From positions 2,657 to 66,656 of the forward strand of contig DCZG01000050.1 of the NCBI GenBank assembly GCA_002331575.1: a stretch of DNA of 64,000 bases, in the 5' to 3' direction. Made by a program: the position numbers and the translations under genes. The stretch is from Atopobium sp. UBA2090 (GTDB lineage Bacteria > Actinomycetota > Coriobacteriia > Coriobacteriales > Atopobiaceae). Below, piece by piece: positions 16,514 through 26,187 of this stretch. Position 1 is the stretch's first letter. Every line of letters starts with the position of its first letter. A model generated the notes under the pieces. That model saw only the letters and a list, made by a program, of their open reading frames with translations. It ran no database searches and was not told where the DNA came from.

Positions 16514-17059
16514 ATGCCCAAGAACCGCGCTCAGGGAGTTATCTTCGGAATCCTCATGTCCGTCACCATGGCGTACGGCATGGAGGTCTACAACGTCGCA
16601 TGGAAGCTGGGCTACCCGGTCATGGCCGGCGGCTTCTCCAACATGACCAACGACGTCTTTCTCGCCGCGCTCGCGGAGGCCGCCTACATGTGGCTCTTCG
16701 TGTTCCTCTTCTCGAACCTCTGGGGCAACCGTCTGGGTTCCTTCATGGCGTCGCGCTACGTCACGCCCGGAAAAGACAACCCGTTCGTCTGCGGGACCGT
16801 GCGCGCCTGCTGCACCGTGCTCGTCATGTGCCCCACGATGAGCTTGGTCGCGTCGATACTCTTCAATGTGATTCTCGCAGGCAACCCCGTGGGCCAGCTG
16901 CCCGCGATCTGGGTCGGCACCGTCATCAAGAACTTCCCCATGGCACTGCTCTGGAACCTCTTCGCCGCCGGCCCCCTGAGCCGGCTCACGTTCCGCACGC
17001 TCTTCGCGCACGTGGGCGAGCGGAACGACGACGCCCCGACCGCGGCGGAGCTCGCGTAG
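16514..17059 (+). CDS. DUF2798-like integral membrane protein
   Basis: ATG at 16514 follows AAGGAAG. The protein starts MPKNRAQGVIFGILMSVTMAYGMEVYNV and shows a two-fold hydrophobic repeat pattern. The family assignment is tentative. Confidence 0.6.
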   Translation: MPKNRAQGVIFGILMSVTMAYGMEVYNVAWKLGYPVMAGGFSNMTNDVFLAALAEAAYMWLFVFLFSNLWGNRLGSFMASRYVTPGKDNPFVCGTVRACCTVLVMCPTMSLVASILFNVILAGNPVGQLPAIWVGTVIKNFPMALLWNLFAAGPLSRLTFRTLFAHVGERNDDAPTAAELA

Positions 17060-17097
17060 TCGGAGGCATGTCGCCAATCGAGAGCGGTGCCGGGGGG

Positions 17098-17757
17098 CTA
17101 CTCGGCCTTCTCGGCTCCGCCCTTCTTTTTCCTGCTGCGGACGAGGCCGATCACGGTGGGGACGAGCGACACGGCGATGATGCCCACGATGAGGAACTCG
17201 AAGTGCTCCTGCACGACGGGAATGCCGCCGAAGAAGTAGCCGAGCAGCGTGAACATCGTGGACCAGGTGATGCCGCCGAGGATGTTGAACACCACGAAGT
17301 CATGCCACTTCATGCCGCCCATGCCCGCGATGAAGGGCACGAAGGTGCGGATGAAGGGGAAGAAGCGGCCGAGGAAGATGGCCAGGTGACCCCACTTGTC
17401 GAGAAAGGCCTCGCTCTTGGCCATGCGCTCGGGCGTCATGGCCTTGACCTTGCCCGACGCGACGATCTTGGTGCCGAAGAAATGCCCGATCATGAAGTTG
17501 CACTGGTCGCCGATGATCGCGGCCGCCCAGGCGATGCCGAGCAGGAGGAAGATGTTGAACCCTCCGCCCTGCGCGAAGAACCCCGAGGCAAAGAGCAGGG
17601 AGTCTCCGGGGAGGAACGGGAAGAACACGACGCCCGTCTCGATGAAGACGATGAGAAAGATGCAGCCGTAGGCGGCAAACGGACCGGCTGCGATCCAGCC
17701 GGCGATGGCCGTGCGAGGATCTCGGAGCAGGTTGACGATAAGGTCTACGAAGCCCAT
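17098..17757 (-). CDS. DedA/VTT-family membrane protein
   Basis: ATG at 17757 (90th codon of ORF 17098..18024). DedA-type core IETGVVFFPFLPGDSLLF...GRFFPFIRTFVPFIAG. Confidence 0.85.
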   Translation of the reverse strand: MGFVDLIVNLLRDPRTAIAGWIAAGPFAAYGCIFLIVFIETGVVFFPFLPGDSLLFASGFFAQGGGFNIFLLLGIAWAAAIIGDQCNFMIGHFFGTKIVASGKVKAMTPERMAKSEAFLDKWGHLAIFLGRFFPFIRTFVPFIAGMGGMKWHDFVVFNILGGITWSTMFTLLGYFFGGIPVVQEHFEFLIVGIIAVSLVPTVIGLVRSRKKKGGAEKAE

Positions 17758-17782
17758 GTGCACCAATCTCGCGACGTGTATG

Positions 17783-17818
17783 AAAACGTCCTCGGGCCGA
17801 AGGTCGGCCTGGGGACGT
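17783..17818 (-). terminator. Intrinsic terminator after the SRP RNA
   Basis: The minus strand reads acguccccaggccgaccuucggcccgaggacgUUUU, a nested GC-rich stem followed by a U tract. Confidence 0.6.
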
Positions 17819-17821
17819 CGT

Positions 17822-17930
17822 GAGCGCGCTCGGCGGGAACGGGTGCCCGCCAGAGGCCCCTTATGGCTGCTACCTCCCGGTCCTGACCAGGTTCGAGGTG
17901 TTGCGTCACCCGAACCCGCCCAACGTGCTC
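17822..17930 (-). ncRNA. ffs: Signal recognition particle RNA (small 4.5S type)
   Basis: The minus strand contains CCUGGUCAGGACCGGGAGGUAGCAGCCAUAAGG. This matches conserved SRP domain IV (E. coli 4.5S CCAGGUCAGGUCCGGAAGGAAGCAGCCAAGG) with a GGGA tetraloop. The flanks pair (GGCGGG/CCCGCC, GGGUG/CACCC, GAGCACGUU/AGCGCGCUC) into one long hairpin. A TAGGAT -10-like box lies at 17937-17942. Confidence 0.8.
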
Positions 17931-18313
17931 TATGACATCCTAGCAGAGACGGGCCGCATACATGACAAACCCACGAGGAATCGGCTGGCGAGAAGCCCGG
18001 CACGCGGGACCCGACCCATTTCAACTAGACGGGGACCCCCGGAACGACCGTCCCGAAGGTCCCCACTTTGGCAGCTGCCAAGCCTTGAATCAGCCTACAC
18101 AGTGCGATGGCACGGAATAGAGAAGCCGTCGTGCTCTCGCTCCCTGCACGACTGCATCATTCCCCAAACGCCCTCCGCGTGCGGCTCCGTACATGCGAGC
18201 GGTCTGGTTCACAGGTCAAGCGCACGGCGGGAACAATTCCTTCACAGGGTGCCCCTCGGACCTCCATTCGCGGTAGGATTGACCGCGTGTTCATCGGGAC
18301 GGTGGGAGGTCTT

Positions 18314-18889
18314 ATGGCAAGGAAGTCGAGCGCGGTCAAGCGCGTTGACGTCGAGAATTCCAAGTTCGACGACTCTAAGTACGGGCATGTGCTCTACTCG
18401 GTGACCTACGAGGTCAACGAGTACTCCATCGACCAAGCCGCGGGTTTCCTCGGCGGGCAGAAGTCCAAGAACATCGTCCTCGGCGCCTCCGCGATATCCC
18501 TTCTCCTCCTGATTCTCATCCTCATCAACGACTCAAAGGCACTCGTTCCCGCCTTCGTGATGGTCGGCGTCTCGATCGCGGCGTCCGCGGCGGCGACCAA
18601 CTGGCACCAGATCCAGTCGTGGTTCGCCCGTCGCTCGAACCTCGGCATCCGCGGCGTCAGCGACGACCGCCGCCACGTCGTCGTGACCGACGACTTCGTG
18701 GCCATCGAGGGGCCCGAGAGCTACGAGGCCACGTTCCCCCTCTCCGACCTGCGCCGCGTTGATGCCGATGACAGCATCTGCCTCGCGTACTTCGGCAACA
18801 AGAACTATGCCTTCTTCCCGCGCTCCGCCATGAGCGAGAACCGCTTCCACAACCTCGTCGTGCTCCTCAGGAACCATCTCTCCAAGTAG
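18314..18889 (+). CDS. YcxB-like membrane-associated hypothetical protein
   Basis: ATG at 18314 follows GGGAGG (70th codon of ORF 18107..18889). Two central hydrophobic helices and a C-terminal YcxB-like region. Tentative. Confidence 0.55.
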   Translation: MARKSSAVKRVDVENSKFDDSKYGHVLYSVTYEVNEYSIDQAAGFLGGQKSKNIVLGASAISLLLLILILINDSKALVPAFVMVGVSIAASAAATNWHQIQSWFARRSNLGIRGVSDDRRHVVVTDDFVAIEGPESYEATFPLSDLRRVDADDSICLAYFGNKNYAFFPRSAMSENRFHNLVVLLRNHLSK

Positions 18890-18973
18890 CTGCGCCATCG
18901 CACGCTCGGCGAATCGACCTCGGCGGCTAACGGCCACGGGGTATGTTAAAGGTAACCCGTCAAGGAGGTTGCC

Positions 18974-20374
18974 ATGAGCATCGTCGGCGCGTTCGCGGTT
19001 CCGCACCCACCCCTGATCATCCCGGAGGTCAGCCCCGGCGAGGAGCACCAGATCCAGCACACGGTGGACGCCTATGACGAGGTCGGCCGCCGCATCTCGG
19101 AGCTCGCGCCGGAGACCATCGTCATCTCGAGCCCGCACTCGGTGATGTACTACGACTACCTGCACATCTCGCCGGGGTCGTATGCGAGCGGGAGCTTCGC
19201 GCGCTTCGGCGCTCGCGACGCGCGCTACTCCTGCGACTACGACGTCGACCTCGTCGAGCAGATCTGCCAGCTGGCCGACCGTGACGGCCTGCCCGCGGGC
19301 ACCGAGGGCGAACGCGATCCCGAGCTCGACCACGCGACCATGATTCCGCTCCACTTTATCCAGCGCCACTACACCGCGTTCAAGGTCGTCCGCATCGGGC
19401 TCTCGGAGCTCTCCCCCGCCGACCACTACGAGCTCGGACAGCTCGTGCAGGAGGCGGCGAGGAAGCTCGGCCGCCGCGTCGTCTTCGTCGCGTCGGGAGA
19501 CCTCTCGCACAAGCTCCTCGAGAGCGGACCCTACGGCTTTGCCGCAGAGGGTCCGAAGTTCGACGAGCGCATCGAGAAGGACTTCTCGTCTGCGGACTTC
19601 CTCGACCTGCTCGAGATCGACCGCGGGTTCGCCGAGCGAGCGGCAGAGTGCGGGCTTCGCAGCTTCCACATCATGGCCGGCGCGCTCGACAGGACGGCGG
19701 TTAAGCCCGAGGTCCTCTCGCACGAGGGGCCCTTCGGCGTGGGCTACTGCGTCGCGTGCTTCTCGCCCGTGGGCGAGGAGGGTGCGGACGAGAGCCGCGC
19801 GTTCCGCGACCAGCTCGAGGCGCGTAGGACCGAAGACCTTCTCTCCAGGAAGCTCGACGAGGACCCCTTCGTCTCGCTGGCGAGGGCATCCCTCGAGGCG
19901 TACGTGCGCGACGGCAAGCGCATCCGTCCGCCCAAGGGTCTGCCCGCCGAGATGTACGACACGCGGGCCGGCGCGTTCGTCTCGATCAAGAAGTTCGGCG
20001 AGCTGAGAGGCTGCATCGGCACCATCCTCCCCTGCCGCGCCAGCCTTGCCGAGGAGATCTGCACCAACGCGATCTCGGCCGCCGCGCACGACCCGCGCTT
20101 CCCGCAGGTGAGCGCCGACGAGCTCGACGACCTCGTCTATGACGTGGACGTGCTCTCCGCACCCGAGCCCATCGGCAGCGAGAAGGACCTCGACCCGCGC
20201 CGCTACGGCGTGATCGTGAGCACCGCGGACGGTCGCCGCGGCCTCCTCCTCCCCGACCTCGAGGGGGTCGACACCATCTCCGAGCAGGTGGGCATTGCCG
20301 CTCGCAAGGGCGGGATCGACCTCGGGCGCGATCCTTACTCACTCGAGCGCTTCACCGTGACGAGGCACGCATGA
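18974..20374 (+). CDS. Fusion protein: class-III extradiol dioxygenase/Memo-like (LigB superfamily) domain + AMMECR1 domain (AmmeMemoRadiSam system protein A-like)
   Basis: The N-terminus reads FAVPHPPLIIPE...ISSPHS, and the C-terminus reads GAFVSIKKFGELRGCIGTILP...AAHDPRF (AMMECR1). The stop overlaps the next gene (ATGA). Confidence 0.8.
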   Translation: MSIVGAFAVPHPPLIIPEVSPGEEHQIQHTVDAYDEVGRRISELAPETIVISSPHSVMYYDYLHISPGSYASGSFARFGARDARYSCDYDVDLVEQICQLADRDGLPAGTEGERDPELDHATMIPLHFIQRHYTAFKVVRIGLSELSPADHYELGQLVQEAARKLGRRVVFVASGDLSHKLLESGPYGFAAEGPKFDERIEKDFSSADFLDLLEIDRGFAERAAECGLRSFHIMAGALDRTAVKPEVLSHEGPFGVGYCVACFSPVGEEGADESRAFRDQLEARRTEDLLSRKLDEDPFVSLARASLEAYVRDGKRIRPPKGLPAEMYDTRAGAFVSIKKFGELRGCIGTILPCRASLAEEICTNAISAAAHDPRFPQVSADELDDLVYDVDVLSAPEPIGSEKDLDPRRYGVIVSTADGRRGLLLPDLEGVDTISEQVGIAARKGGIDLGRDPYSLERFTVTRHA

Positions 20375-21225
20375 GCGCCGTCGGTCCCAAGGCGACCTGC
20401 GCCACCTGCCCGCACGCCTGCTCGCTCGCCGAGGGGCAGCTCGGACTCTGCCGCGCGCGGCGCAACGTCGGGGGTGTCGTGACCTGCGAGAACTACGGAC
20501 GTCTCACCTCGGTGGCCGTCGACCCCGTGGAGAAGAAGCCCCTCGCCGAGTTCCATCCCGGGTGCACGCTGCTCTCGGTAGGCAGCTACGGCTGCAACCT
20601 CTGCTGCCCCTTTTGCCAGAACTACGAGATCTCTCAGGTGGGGCCCGACGACATCGGCTGGCGCGAGGCCTCGCCCGCCAAGCTCGTGGAGCTCGCACTG
20701 CGCTGCCGCGCCGAGGACCCTCGCATGATCGGCATCGCGCACACCTACAACGAGCCGCTCGTCGGCTGGGAGTACGTGCGCGACTGCTCCCTGCTCGCAC
20801 GCGAGAAGGACCTCGTCAACGTCCTCGTCTCCAACGGCTGCGCGTCACCGGCCGTGATCGACGAGCTCGCTCCGCTCATCGACGCCGCCAACATCGACCT
20901 CAAGAGCTTCTCGCCCGCGTTCTACCAGACCTGCGGCGGGGACCTCGAGACGGTTCGCTCGACGATCGCGCGCCTGGCGGGAGAGCCGTCCTGCCACCTC
21001 GAGGTCACGACCCTCATCGTGCCCGGCATGAACGACGGCGATGACGAGATGCGCGCCCTCTCGGGCTGGCTCGCGGGACTCTCCCTGGACGTCGTGCTGC
21101 ACGTCACGCGCTTCTTCCCCCGCTGGAAGATGTCCGACGCCCGTCCCACGCCCGTCGAGACGGTCCATCGGCTCGCCGACGTCGCCCGCGAGGAGCTCTC
21201 TCACGTCTACGTGGGCAACTGCTAG
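20371..21225 (+). CDS. AmmeMemoRadiSam system radical SAM enzyme (PFL-activase-like)
   Basis: CX3CX2C cluster motif CNLCCPFCQNYE. 284 aa. Translationally coupled to the AMMECR1 fusion gene. Confidence 0.85.
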   Translation: MSAVGPKATCATCPHACSLAEGQLGLCRARRNVGGVVTCENYGRLTSVAVDPVEKKPLAEFHPGCTLLSVGSYGCNLCCPFCQNYEISQVGPDDIGWREASPAKLVELALRCRAEDPRMIGIAHTYNEPLVGWEYVRDCSLLAREKDLVNVLVSNGCASPAVIDELAPLIDAANIDLKSFSPAFYQTCGGDLETVRSTIARLAGEPSCHLEVTTLIVPGMNDGDDEMRALSGWLAGLSLDVVLHVTRFFPRWKMSDARPTPVETVHRLADVAREELSHVYVGNC

Positions 21226-21247
21226 CCGGCGAGCCCCTCACACACGA

Positions 21248-21281
21248 GACGCGGCGGCACCGTCACCGGTACCGCCGCGTC
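21248..21281. terminator. Bidirectional hairpin between convergent genes
   Basis: gacgcggcgg-c-accg tcac cggt-a-ccgccgcgtc lies between stop 21225 (+) and stop 21304 (-). Confidence 0.6.
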
Positions 21282-21303
21282 ATTCACGAACTAATCCCTG
21301 TCG

Positions 21304-22998
21304 CTACCTGCGGTTCGCGCGATAGAAGGCGATGAGCGCCTTCGTGCTCGCGTCCTGCCCGGCGAGCGCCGCGTCGTCGTGGAAGGCGGGCGTGATCTGC
21401 TTGGCGAGCTGCTTGCCGAGCTCGACGCCCCACTGGTCGTAGGAGTCGAGGCCCCACACGGTGCCCTCGACGAAGGTGATGTGCTCGTACAGGGCGATGA
21501 GCTCGCCGAGCGCATGCGCGTTGAGGTCCACGCCGAAGATCGACGTCGTCGGGCGGTTGCCGGTGAAGCAGCGCGCGGGCACCATCCACTCGGCCGTCCC
21601 CTCGGCGCGCACCTCGTCGGCCGTCTTGCCGAACGCGAGGGCCTTGGTCTGCGCGAGGAAGTTGCCGAGGAAGAGCTCGTGCACGTCCTGGCTGCCGTCC
21701 CTGGTCGGGTTGGCGGTGTTGACGAACGCGATGAAGTCGGCGGGAATCAGGCGCGTGCCCTGATGGATGAGCTGGTAGAAGGCGTGCTGGCCGTTGGTGC
21801 CCGCCTCGCCCCAGAAGATCTCGCCCGTCTCGGTGGTGACCGGCGTGCCGTCCCAGCGCGTGGACTTGCCGTTGGACTCCATCGTGAGCTGCTGGAGGTA
21901 CGCGGGGAAGCGGTGCATGTACTGGTTGTACGGGAGCACGGCGTGGCTCTCGGCCTTGAAGAAGTTGACGTACCACACGTTGATGAGGCCCATGAGGGCG
22001 ACGACGTTCCTCTCCAGCGGGGTGTCGCAGAAGTAGGTATCGATGTCATGGAAGCCGGCGAGAAGCTCTTCGAAGACCTTGGGGCCGAAGGCGATGATCA
22101 GCGACAGGCCGACGGCGGCGTCGACCGAGTAGCGGCCGCCGACCCAGCTCCAGAAGCCGAAGGCGTTGTCGGGGTCGATGCCGAACTCCGAGACGAGCTC
22201 GAGGTTGGTGGAGACGGCGACGAAGTGCTTCTTGATGGCGTCGGTCACGGACGCGTCGGACCCGTCGATGGCGCCCTGGGCCTTGAGCCCCTCGAGCAGC
22301 CAGGCGCGGGCCTCGCGGGCGTTGGTCATGGTCTCGAGCGTCGTGAAGGTCTTGGAGACGATGACGACGAGGGTGGTCTCGGGGTCGAGTCCCCTGACCT
22401 TCTCGGCCATGTCGTTGGGGTCGATGTTCGAGACGTAGCGCACCGAGATGCCCGCGTCGGCGTAGGGCTTGAGCGCCTCGTAGATCATGACGGGGCCGAG
22501 GTCGGAGCCGCCGATGCCGATCGAGACGACGGTCTGGATCCTCTTGCCGGAGACGCCGACCCACTCGCCGGAGCGGACGCGCCCGGCGAAGGCGTACATG
22601 CGGTCGAGGACCTCGTGCACGTCGGCGACGGCGTCCTGGCCGTCGACGATGAGCCTGCCCCTGTCCGAGGCGGGACGGCGCAGCGCGGTGTGGAGCACGG
22701 CGCGGTCCTCGGTGGTGTTGATGTGCACGCCGGAGAACATCGCGGCGCGGCGGTCCTCGAGGCCGACCTCGCGGGCGAGGTCGCAGAGGAGCTTGACCGT
22801 CTCGTCGTCGACGAGGTTCTTCGAGAGGTCAAAGTGGAGGTCGTTGACGTCATAGGAGAGCCTCGGGACGCGCTCGGGGTCCTCGGCGAACCACTGCTTG
22901 AGGCTGATGCCCTCCTTGGTGAGCTCGTCATAGTGCTTCTGCAGGTCGTTCCAGGCATTGGTCTTGGTGGCATCCACCGGAGGATTGACGCTGGACAT
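21304..22998 (-). CDS. pgi: Glucose-6-phosphate isomerase
   Basis: ATG at 22998 (170th codon of ORF 21304..23505). PGI signatures [13 protein letters not shown] and [10 protein letters not shown]. Confidence 0.95.
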   Translation of the reverse strand: MSSVNPPVDATKTNAWNDLQKHYDELTKEGISLKQWFAEDPERVPRLSYDVNDLHFDLSKNLVDDETVKLLCDLAREVGLEDRRAAMFSGVHINTTEDRAVLHTALRRPASDRGRLIVDGQDAVADVHEVLDRMYAFAGRVRSGEWVGVSGKRIQTVVSIGIGGSDLGPVMIYEALKPYADAGISVRYVSNIDPNDMAEKVRGLDPETTLVVIVSKTFTTLETMTNAREARAWLLEGLKAQGAIDGSDASVTDAIKKHFVAVSTNLELVSEFGIDPDNAFGFWSWVGGRYSVDAAVGLSLIIAFGPKVFEELLAGFHDIDTYFCDTPLERNVVALMGLINVWYVNFFKAESHAVLPYNQYMHRFPAYLQQLTMESNGKSTRWDGTPVTTETGEIFWGEAGTNGQHAFYQLIHQGTRLIPADFIAFVNTANPTRDGSQDVHELFLGNFLAQTKALAFGKTADEVRAEGTAEWMVPARCFTGNRPTTSIFGVDLNAHALGELIALYEHITFVEGTVWGLDSYDQWGVELGKQLAKQITPAFHDDAALAGQDASTKALIAFYRANRR

Positions 22999-23122
22999 CG
23001 TACGCTCCTTCTTGGTCGCGTTCGCTACGTTGCAGCACTGCCGCACTGTCCTAGAATACCGCCGCGCGAGACTTGATGTGCGGCTCCTGCCGCCACGGCT
23101 ATGGAAAGTCCCGTCATCGGGG

Positions 23123-23683
23123 CTAGTACGGCTCGCCGAGCGGGGGAAGCTGCTTGAGCCTCGCCCACATGAGCTGCTTCTGACGGACGTCCCCGAGCGC
23201 GGCGGCAAAGCCCCCGAGGTTGAGCACGCGCATGCCGCAGGCGTGGGCGACCACGCCAGGCGCGAGCAGGGCCTGGTCGAGGTCGGCGAGCTCTGCGAGG
23301 TCGTCGGCGTATGACTCGCGGACGGCATCCGCCGAGGCCTCGTCGCAGCACACGAGCGTCGCGGGATCCAAGGCGCAGAGCGCTTCGCGGAGAAGCGCGG
23401 GCTCGAGGGGCTTCTCGCCAGAGGCATCGCAGACGAGAAGCGTCTCCCAGTCCTGCGGCTGGTAGCCGAGGGCGGAGAGCGACGCGCGCAGGGCGATGCC
23501 GTCATCCCCCGAGAAGGGCTCCGCCGAACCGGCGGCCTCCTCCTCGGTGAGCTCCCCCTTGGCGAAGAGGATGGGCGAGAACGCGTTTCCGCCCATGACG
23601 ACGCCCCGCCTGGCCAACCCCGTGAGCTCGACCGTCGTCTTCTCGACGTACGCCTTGCGCCTCAGGTCCCTCTCGGATGCCAT
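23123..23683 (-). CDS. Hypothetical protein (possibly a degenerate uracil-DNA-glycosylase-like fold)
   Basis: ATG at 23683 (132nd codon of ORF 23123..24076). 186 aa with coding-like GC3. No catalytic motifs recognised. Confidence 0.5.
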   Translation of the reverse strand: MASERDLRRKAYVEKTTVELTGLARRGVVMGGNAFSPILFAKGELTEEEAAGSAEPFSGDDGIALRASLSALGYQPQDWETLLVCDASGEKPLEPALLREALCALDPATLVCCDEASADAVRESYADDLAELADLDQALLAPGVVAHACGMRVLNLGGFAAALGDVRQKQLMWARLKQLPPLGEPY

Positions 23684-23792
23684 GTGCCACCTTCCCCGTG
23701 CCAACGAACGTTGCAAACCAGTGTAAACGGGTATAAGCCAAGCGTGAGTATGTACGCGGGCGACTTTTCGCCCGATACCTTTTGGAGGAGAT

Positions 23793-24113
23793 ATGGCAAG
23801 CACCCCCATCACCACCGCGGAGTTCGACTCCGTCCTCGCGTCGTCCGCCAAACCCGTGCTCGTCGACTTCTGGGCGTCATGGTGCGGCCCCTGCCGAGCA
23901 CTCGGTCCCGTCGTCGAGCAGATCTCCGACGAGATGGCCGAAAGGCTCGTCGTTCGCAAGTGCAACGTCGACGAGGAGCCCGACCTGGCCACGAAGTTCC
24001 GCATCGTCTCGATCCCCACGCTCATCCTGTTCAAGGGCGGCCAGCCCGTCCATACCATGGTGGGCAACATGCCCAAGGCGGACCTCGTCGCCGAGCTCGA
24101 GGCTCAGCTGTAG
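23793..24113 (+). CDS. trxA: Thioredoxin
   Basis: 106 aa with the WCGPC active site and a typical thioredoxin fold pattern. Confidence 0.95.
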   Translation: MASTPITTAEFDSVLASSAKPVLVDFWASWCGPCRALGPVVEQISDEMAERLVVRKCNVDEEPDLATKFRIVSIPTLILFKGGQPVHTMVGNMPKADLVAELEAQL

Positions 24114-24170
24114 TCTCACGAGACTCGGGTCTGCATGGCCACGGACGCCATTGTGATGCTGGTATCATTC

Positions 24171-24199
24171 GGGGCGACGCGCTACATGCGCGTCGCCCC
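24171..24199 (+). terminator. 12-bp GC-rich hairpin after trxA with no T tract
   Basis: ggggcgacgcgc-tacat-gcgcgtcgcccc lies 22 nt upstream of the next ATG. Confidence 0.45.
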
Positions 24200-24220
24200 G
24201 TTCCATCGAGAGGAGGCCCC

Positions 24221-24907
24221 ATGACCGAGAAGTCCTCAGCGAAGCGCTTTCTGAATGACGCAGCCGTGTTTGCGCGTCAGAACGTGAGCGTGATCGTCCT
24301 CGCCATCGTGGCCGTCATCTTCATCGCCATTCTCCGCGAGGTCGCCGAGGGCGAGATTCTGCGACTCGATACCCTCGCGTACCAGTTCTTCGTCGTGCGC
24401 CTACGCTCCGAGTGGCTCACGCCCATCATGGAGGGCTTCTCCTCGCTCGCCTCCCCCGCCGTCATCCTCGTGATGGCCATTGTGGTCGCCGCGTTCGCCC
24501 CGGGCTCGAAGCCGGGCAGGTGCGTCGTGCTCAACCTCGCATGCGTGCTCGTGCTCAACCAGGCGCTCAAGTTCATCGTGCAGCGCCCGCGCCCCGACGG
24601 CTTCCGGCTCGTATCAGAGGTCGGGTACAGCTTCCCCTCCGGCCACTCCATGCTGTCGATGGCGTTCTACGGGCTTCTCATCTGGTTCATCTGGCGCTAT
24701 GAGACCAACAAGGTTATGCGCCGGGTGTGGTGCGCGACCTTCGCGGTCATCATCGTGATGGTGGGCGTCAGCAGAATCTACCTGGGCGTCCACTACGCCT
24801 CAGACGTCATCGCGGGCTTCTGCGTCTCGTTCGCGTGGCTCATGTTCTTCACCCGCATCGTGGCACCGGCGCTCATGGAGGAGACCCCGCCCGAGAAGAA
24901 GCAGTAG
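24221..24907 (+). CDS. PAP2-family membrane phosphatase (undecaprenyl-diphosphatase/lipid phosphatase-like)
   Basis: ATG at 24221 follows GAGGAGG. Acid-phosphatase motifs KFIVQRPRP, FPSGHS and SRIYLGVHYASD. Confidence 0.88.
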   Translation: MTEKSSAKRFLNDAAVFARQNVSVIVLAIVAVIFIAILREVAEGEILRLDTLAYQFFVVRLRSEWLTPIMEGFSSLASPAVILVMAIVVAAFAPGSKPGRCVVLNLACVLVLNQALKFIVQRPRPDGFRLVSEVGYSFPSGHSMLSMAFYGLLIWFIWRYETNKVMRRVWCATFAVIIVMVGVSRIYLGVHYASDVIAGFCVSFAWLMFFTRIVAPALMEETPPEKKQ

Positions 24908-24926
24908 ACAGGCACCCTCGCCCGCG

Positions 24927-25406
24927 CTAGTCCCACTCCTCGTCGGTGTCCAGGTAGATGATGTGCTTCTCTACCACCTGGCCGTTGTCGCAGATAATCC
25001 GCCCGAAGGTCGGACCGCTGCCGCGCGGATACGTGGGACTTCCGGGATTCATGACCAGCGTGCCCGTGCGGGCGTCTCGCTCCGCGAAGGCGCGGTGCGT
25101 GTGTCCGCAGATGGCGATGTCACAGGTGAGAAGGTCGAGGCGCTCGCGATAGTGACAGACCTGCCAGCGCAGGCCACTCGAGAAGAACGAGATTCTCGCC
25201 TTGACGGACGGACCATAGTCGTACGCCCAGTCGTTGTTGCCGATGCACAGCCTCACCGGTGCGATCTTGTTGAGGGTGCGATAGTCGGACGAAGAGCAGA
25301 TGTCGCCGGCATGGACGATGACGTCAGCTCCCCGGAGGGCCTTGAGGAGCTCCTTCGAGAGGTAACCATGAGTATCCGACACGATGTCATACCGCACTCG
25401 TGCCAC
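24927..25406 (-). CDS. YfcE/MJ0936-type metallophosphoesterase
   Basis: Motifs SDTHG, HAGDI, GNND and CGHTH. 159 aa. Confidence 0.85.
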   Translation of the reverse strand: MARVRYDIVSDTHGYLSKELLKALRGADVIVHAGDICSSSDYRTLNKIAPVRLCIGNNDWAYDYGPSVKARISFFSSGLRWQVCHYRERLDLLTCDIAICGHTHRAFAERDARTGTLVMNPGSPTYPRGSGPTFGRIICDNGQVVEKHIIYLDTDEEWD

Positions 25407-25415
25407 GGTGCGCGC

Positions 25416-26135
25416 CTAGAGACCGAGCGCGCGCTTGAGGGCGACCACGCGTCTGCGGGAGACGGAGATCTTCTTGCCCTCGATGCCGTTGACGCCAAGC
25501 TGCAGAATGCCGGACGAGACGACCTCGACGTCCTCGACGTACTCGAGGTTGACGATGTAGCCGCGATGCACGCGGAAGAAGCCATGCGGGGCGAGCTTCT
25601 GCTCGAGCTTCGCGAGCGAGATCGTGGAGAGGTAGCGATCGTTGTCGGTGTAGATGCAGGAGTAGTCGTCCTTGGCCTCGATGTAGCGAATCTGGTCGAT
25701 GGGGACGAGGACCTTGCGCCCGCTCTTGACCACGGGGATGCGCTCCACGGAGGAGTGCTGCTGCGGCTGAGGCTTGACGCGTGACTGCACCTTGTCGAGC
25801 GCCTGGTTGAGACGGTCCGTCTCGACGGGCTTCATGAGATAGTCGACGGCGTCGACGTCGAAGGCCTCGAGTGCGTACTCGCTGTACGCCGTAACGAAGA
25901 CGACCGCAGGCGGGTTCTTGAGCTTATGCAGCGCCTCGGCCAGTTGCATGCCCGAGGTCTTGGGCATCGAGATGTCGAGGAACATGACGTCGGCTTTGCC
26001 CTCCATGAGCCGTTCGACGGCCTCACGGGCACTCGACGCCTCCACGACGGAGTCGATGCGGCCGGTCTCGTCGAGCAGGTACTTGAGCTCGGAACGGGCG
26101 GGCGCCTCGTCATCAACAATCATTGCTCGCAGCAT
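25416..26135 (-). CDS. LytTR-family response regulator
   Basis: ATG at 26135. Starts MLRAMIVDDEAPARSEL and contains DVMFLDISMP. C-terminal LytTR domain (...FFRVHRGYIVNLEYV...). Confidence 0.9.
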   Translation of the reverse strand: MLRAMIVDDEAPARSELKYLLDETGRIDSVVEASSAREAVERLMEGKADVMFLDISMPKTSGMQLAEALHKLKNPPAVVFVTAYSEYALEAFDVDAVDYLMKPVETDRLNQALDKVQSRVKPQPQQHSSVERIPVVKSGRKVLVPIDQIRYIEAKDDYSCIYTDNDRYLSTISLAKLEQKLAPHGFFRVHRGYIVNLEYVEDVEVVSSGILQLGVNGIEGKKISVSRRRVVALKRALGL

Positions 26136-26187
26136 ACATTCCCAATCTCCCGGACGCTGGCGCAAGCCAACCATACCATTCTATACC

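Noticed and set aside
17931-18313. RNase P RNA, tmRNA or 6S RNA in the long gap next to the SRP RNA.
   Set aside because: There is no GAGGAAAGUCCGGGC / ACAGAACCCGGCUUA-type RNase P boxes, no tRNA-like acceptor/T-arm with a tag reading frame, and no long end-to-end 6S-type helix on either strand.
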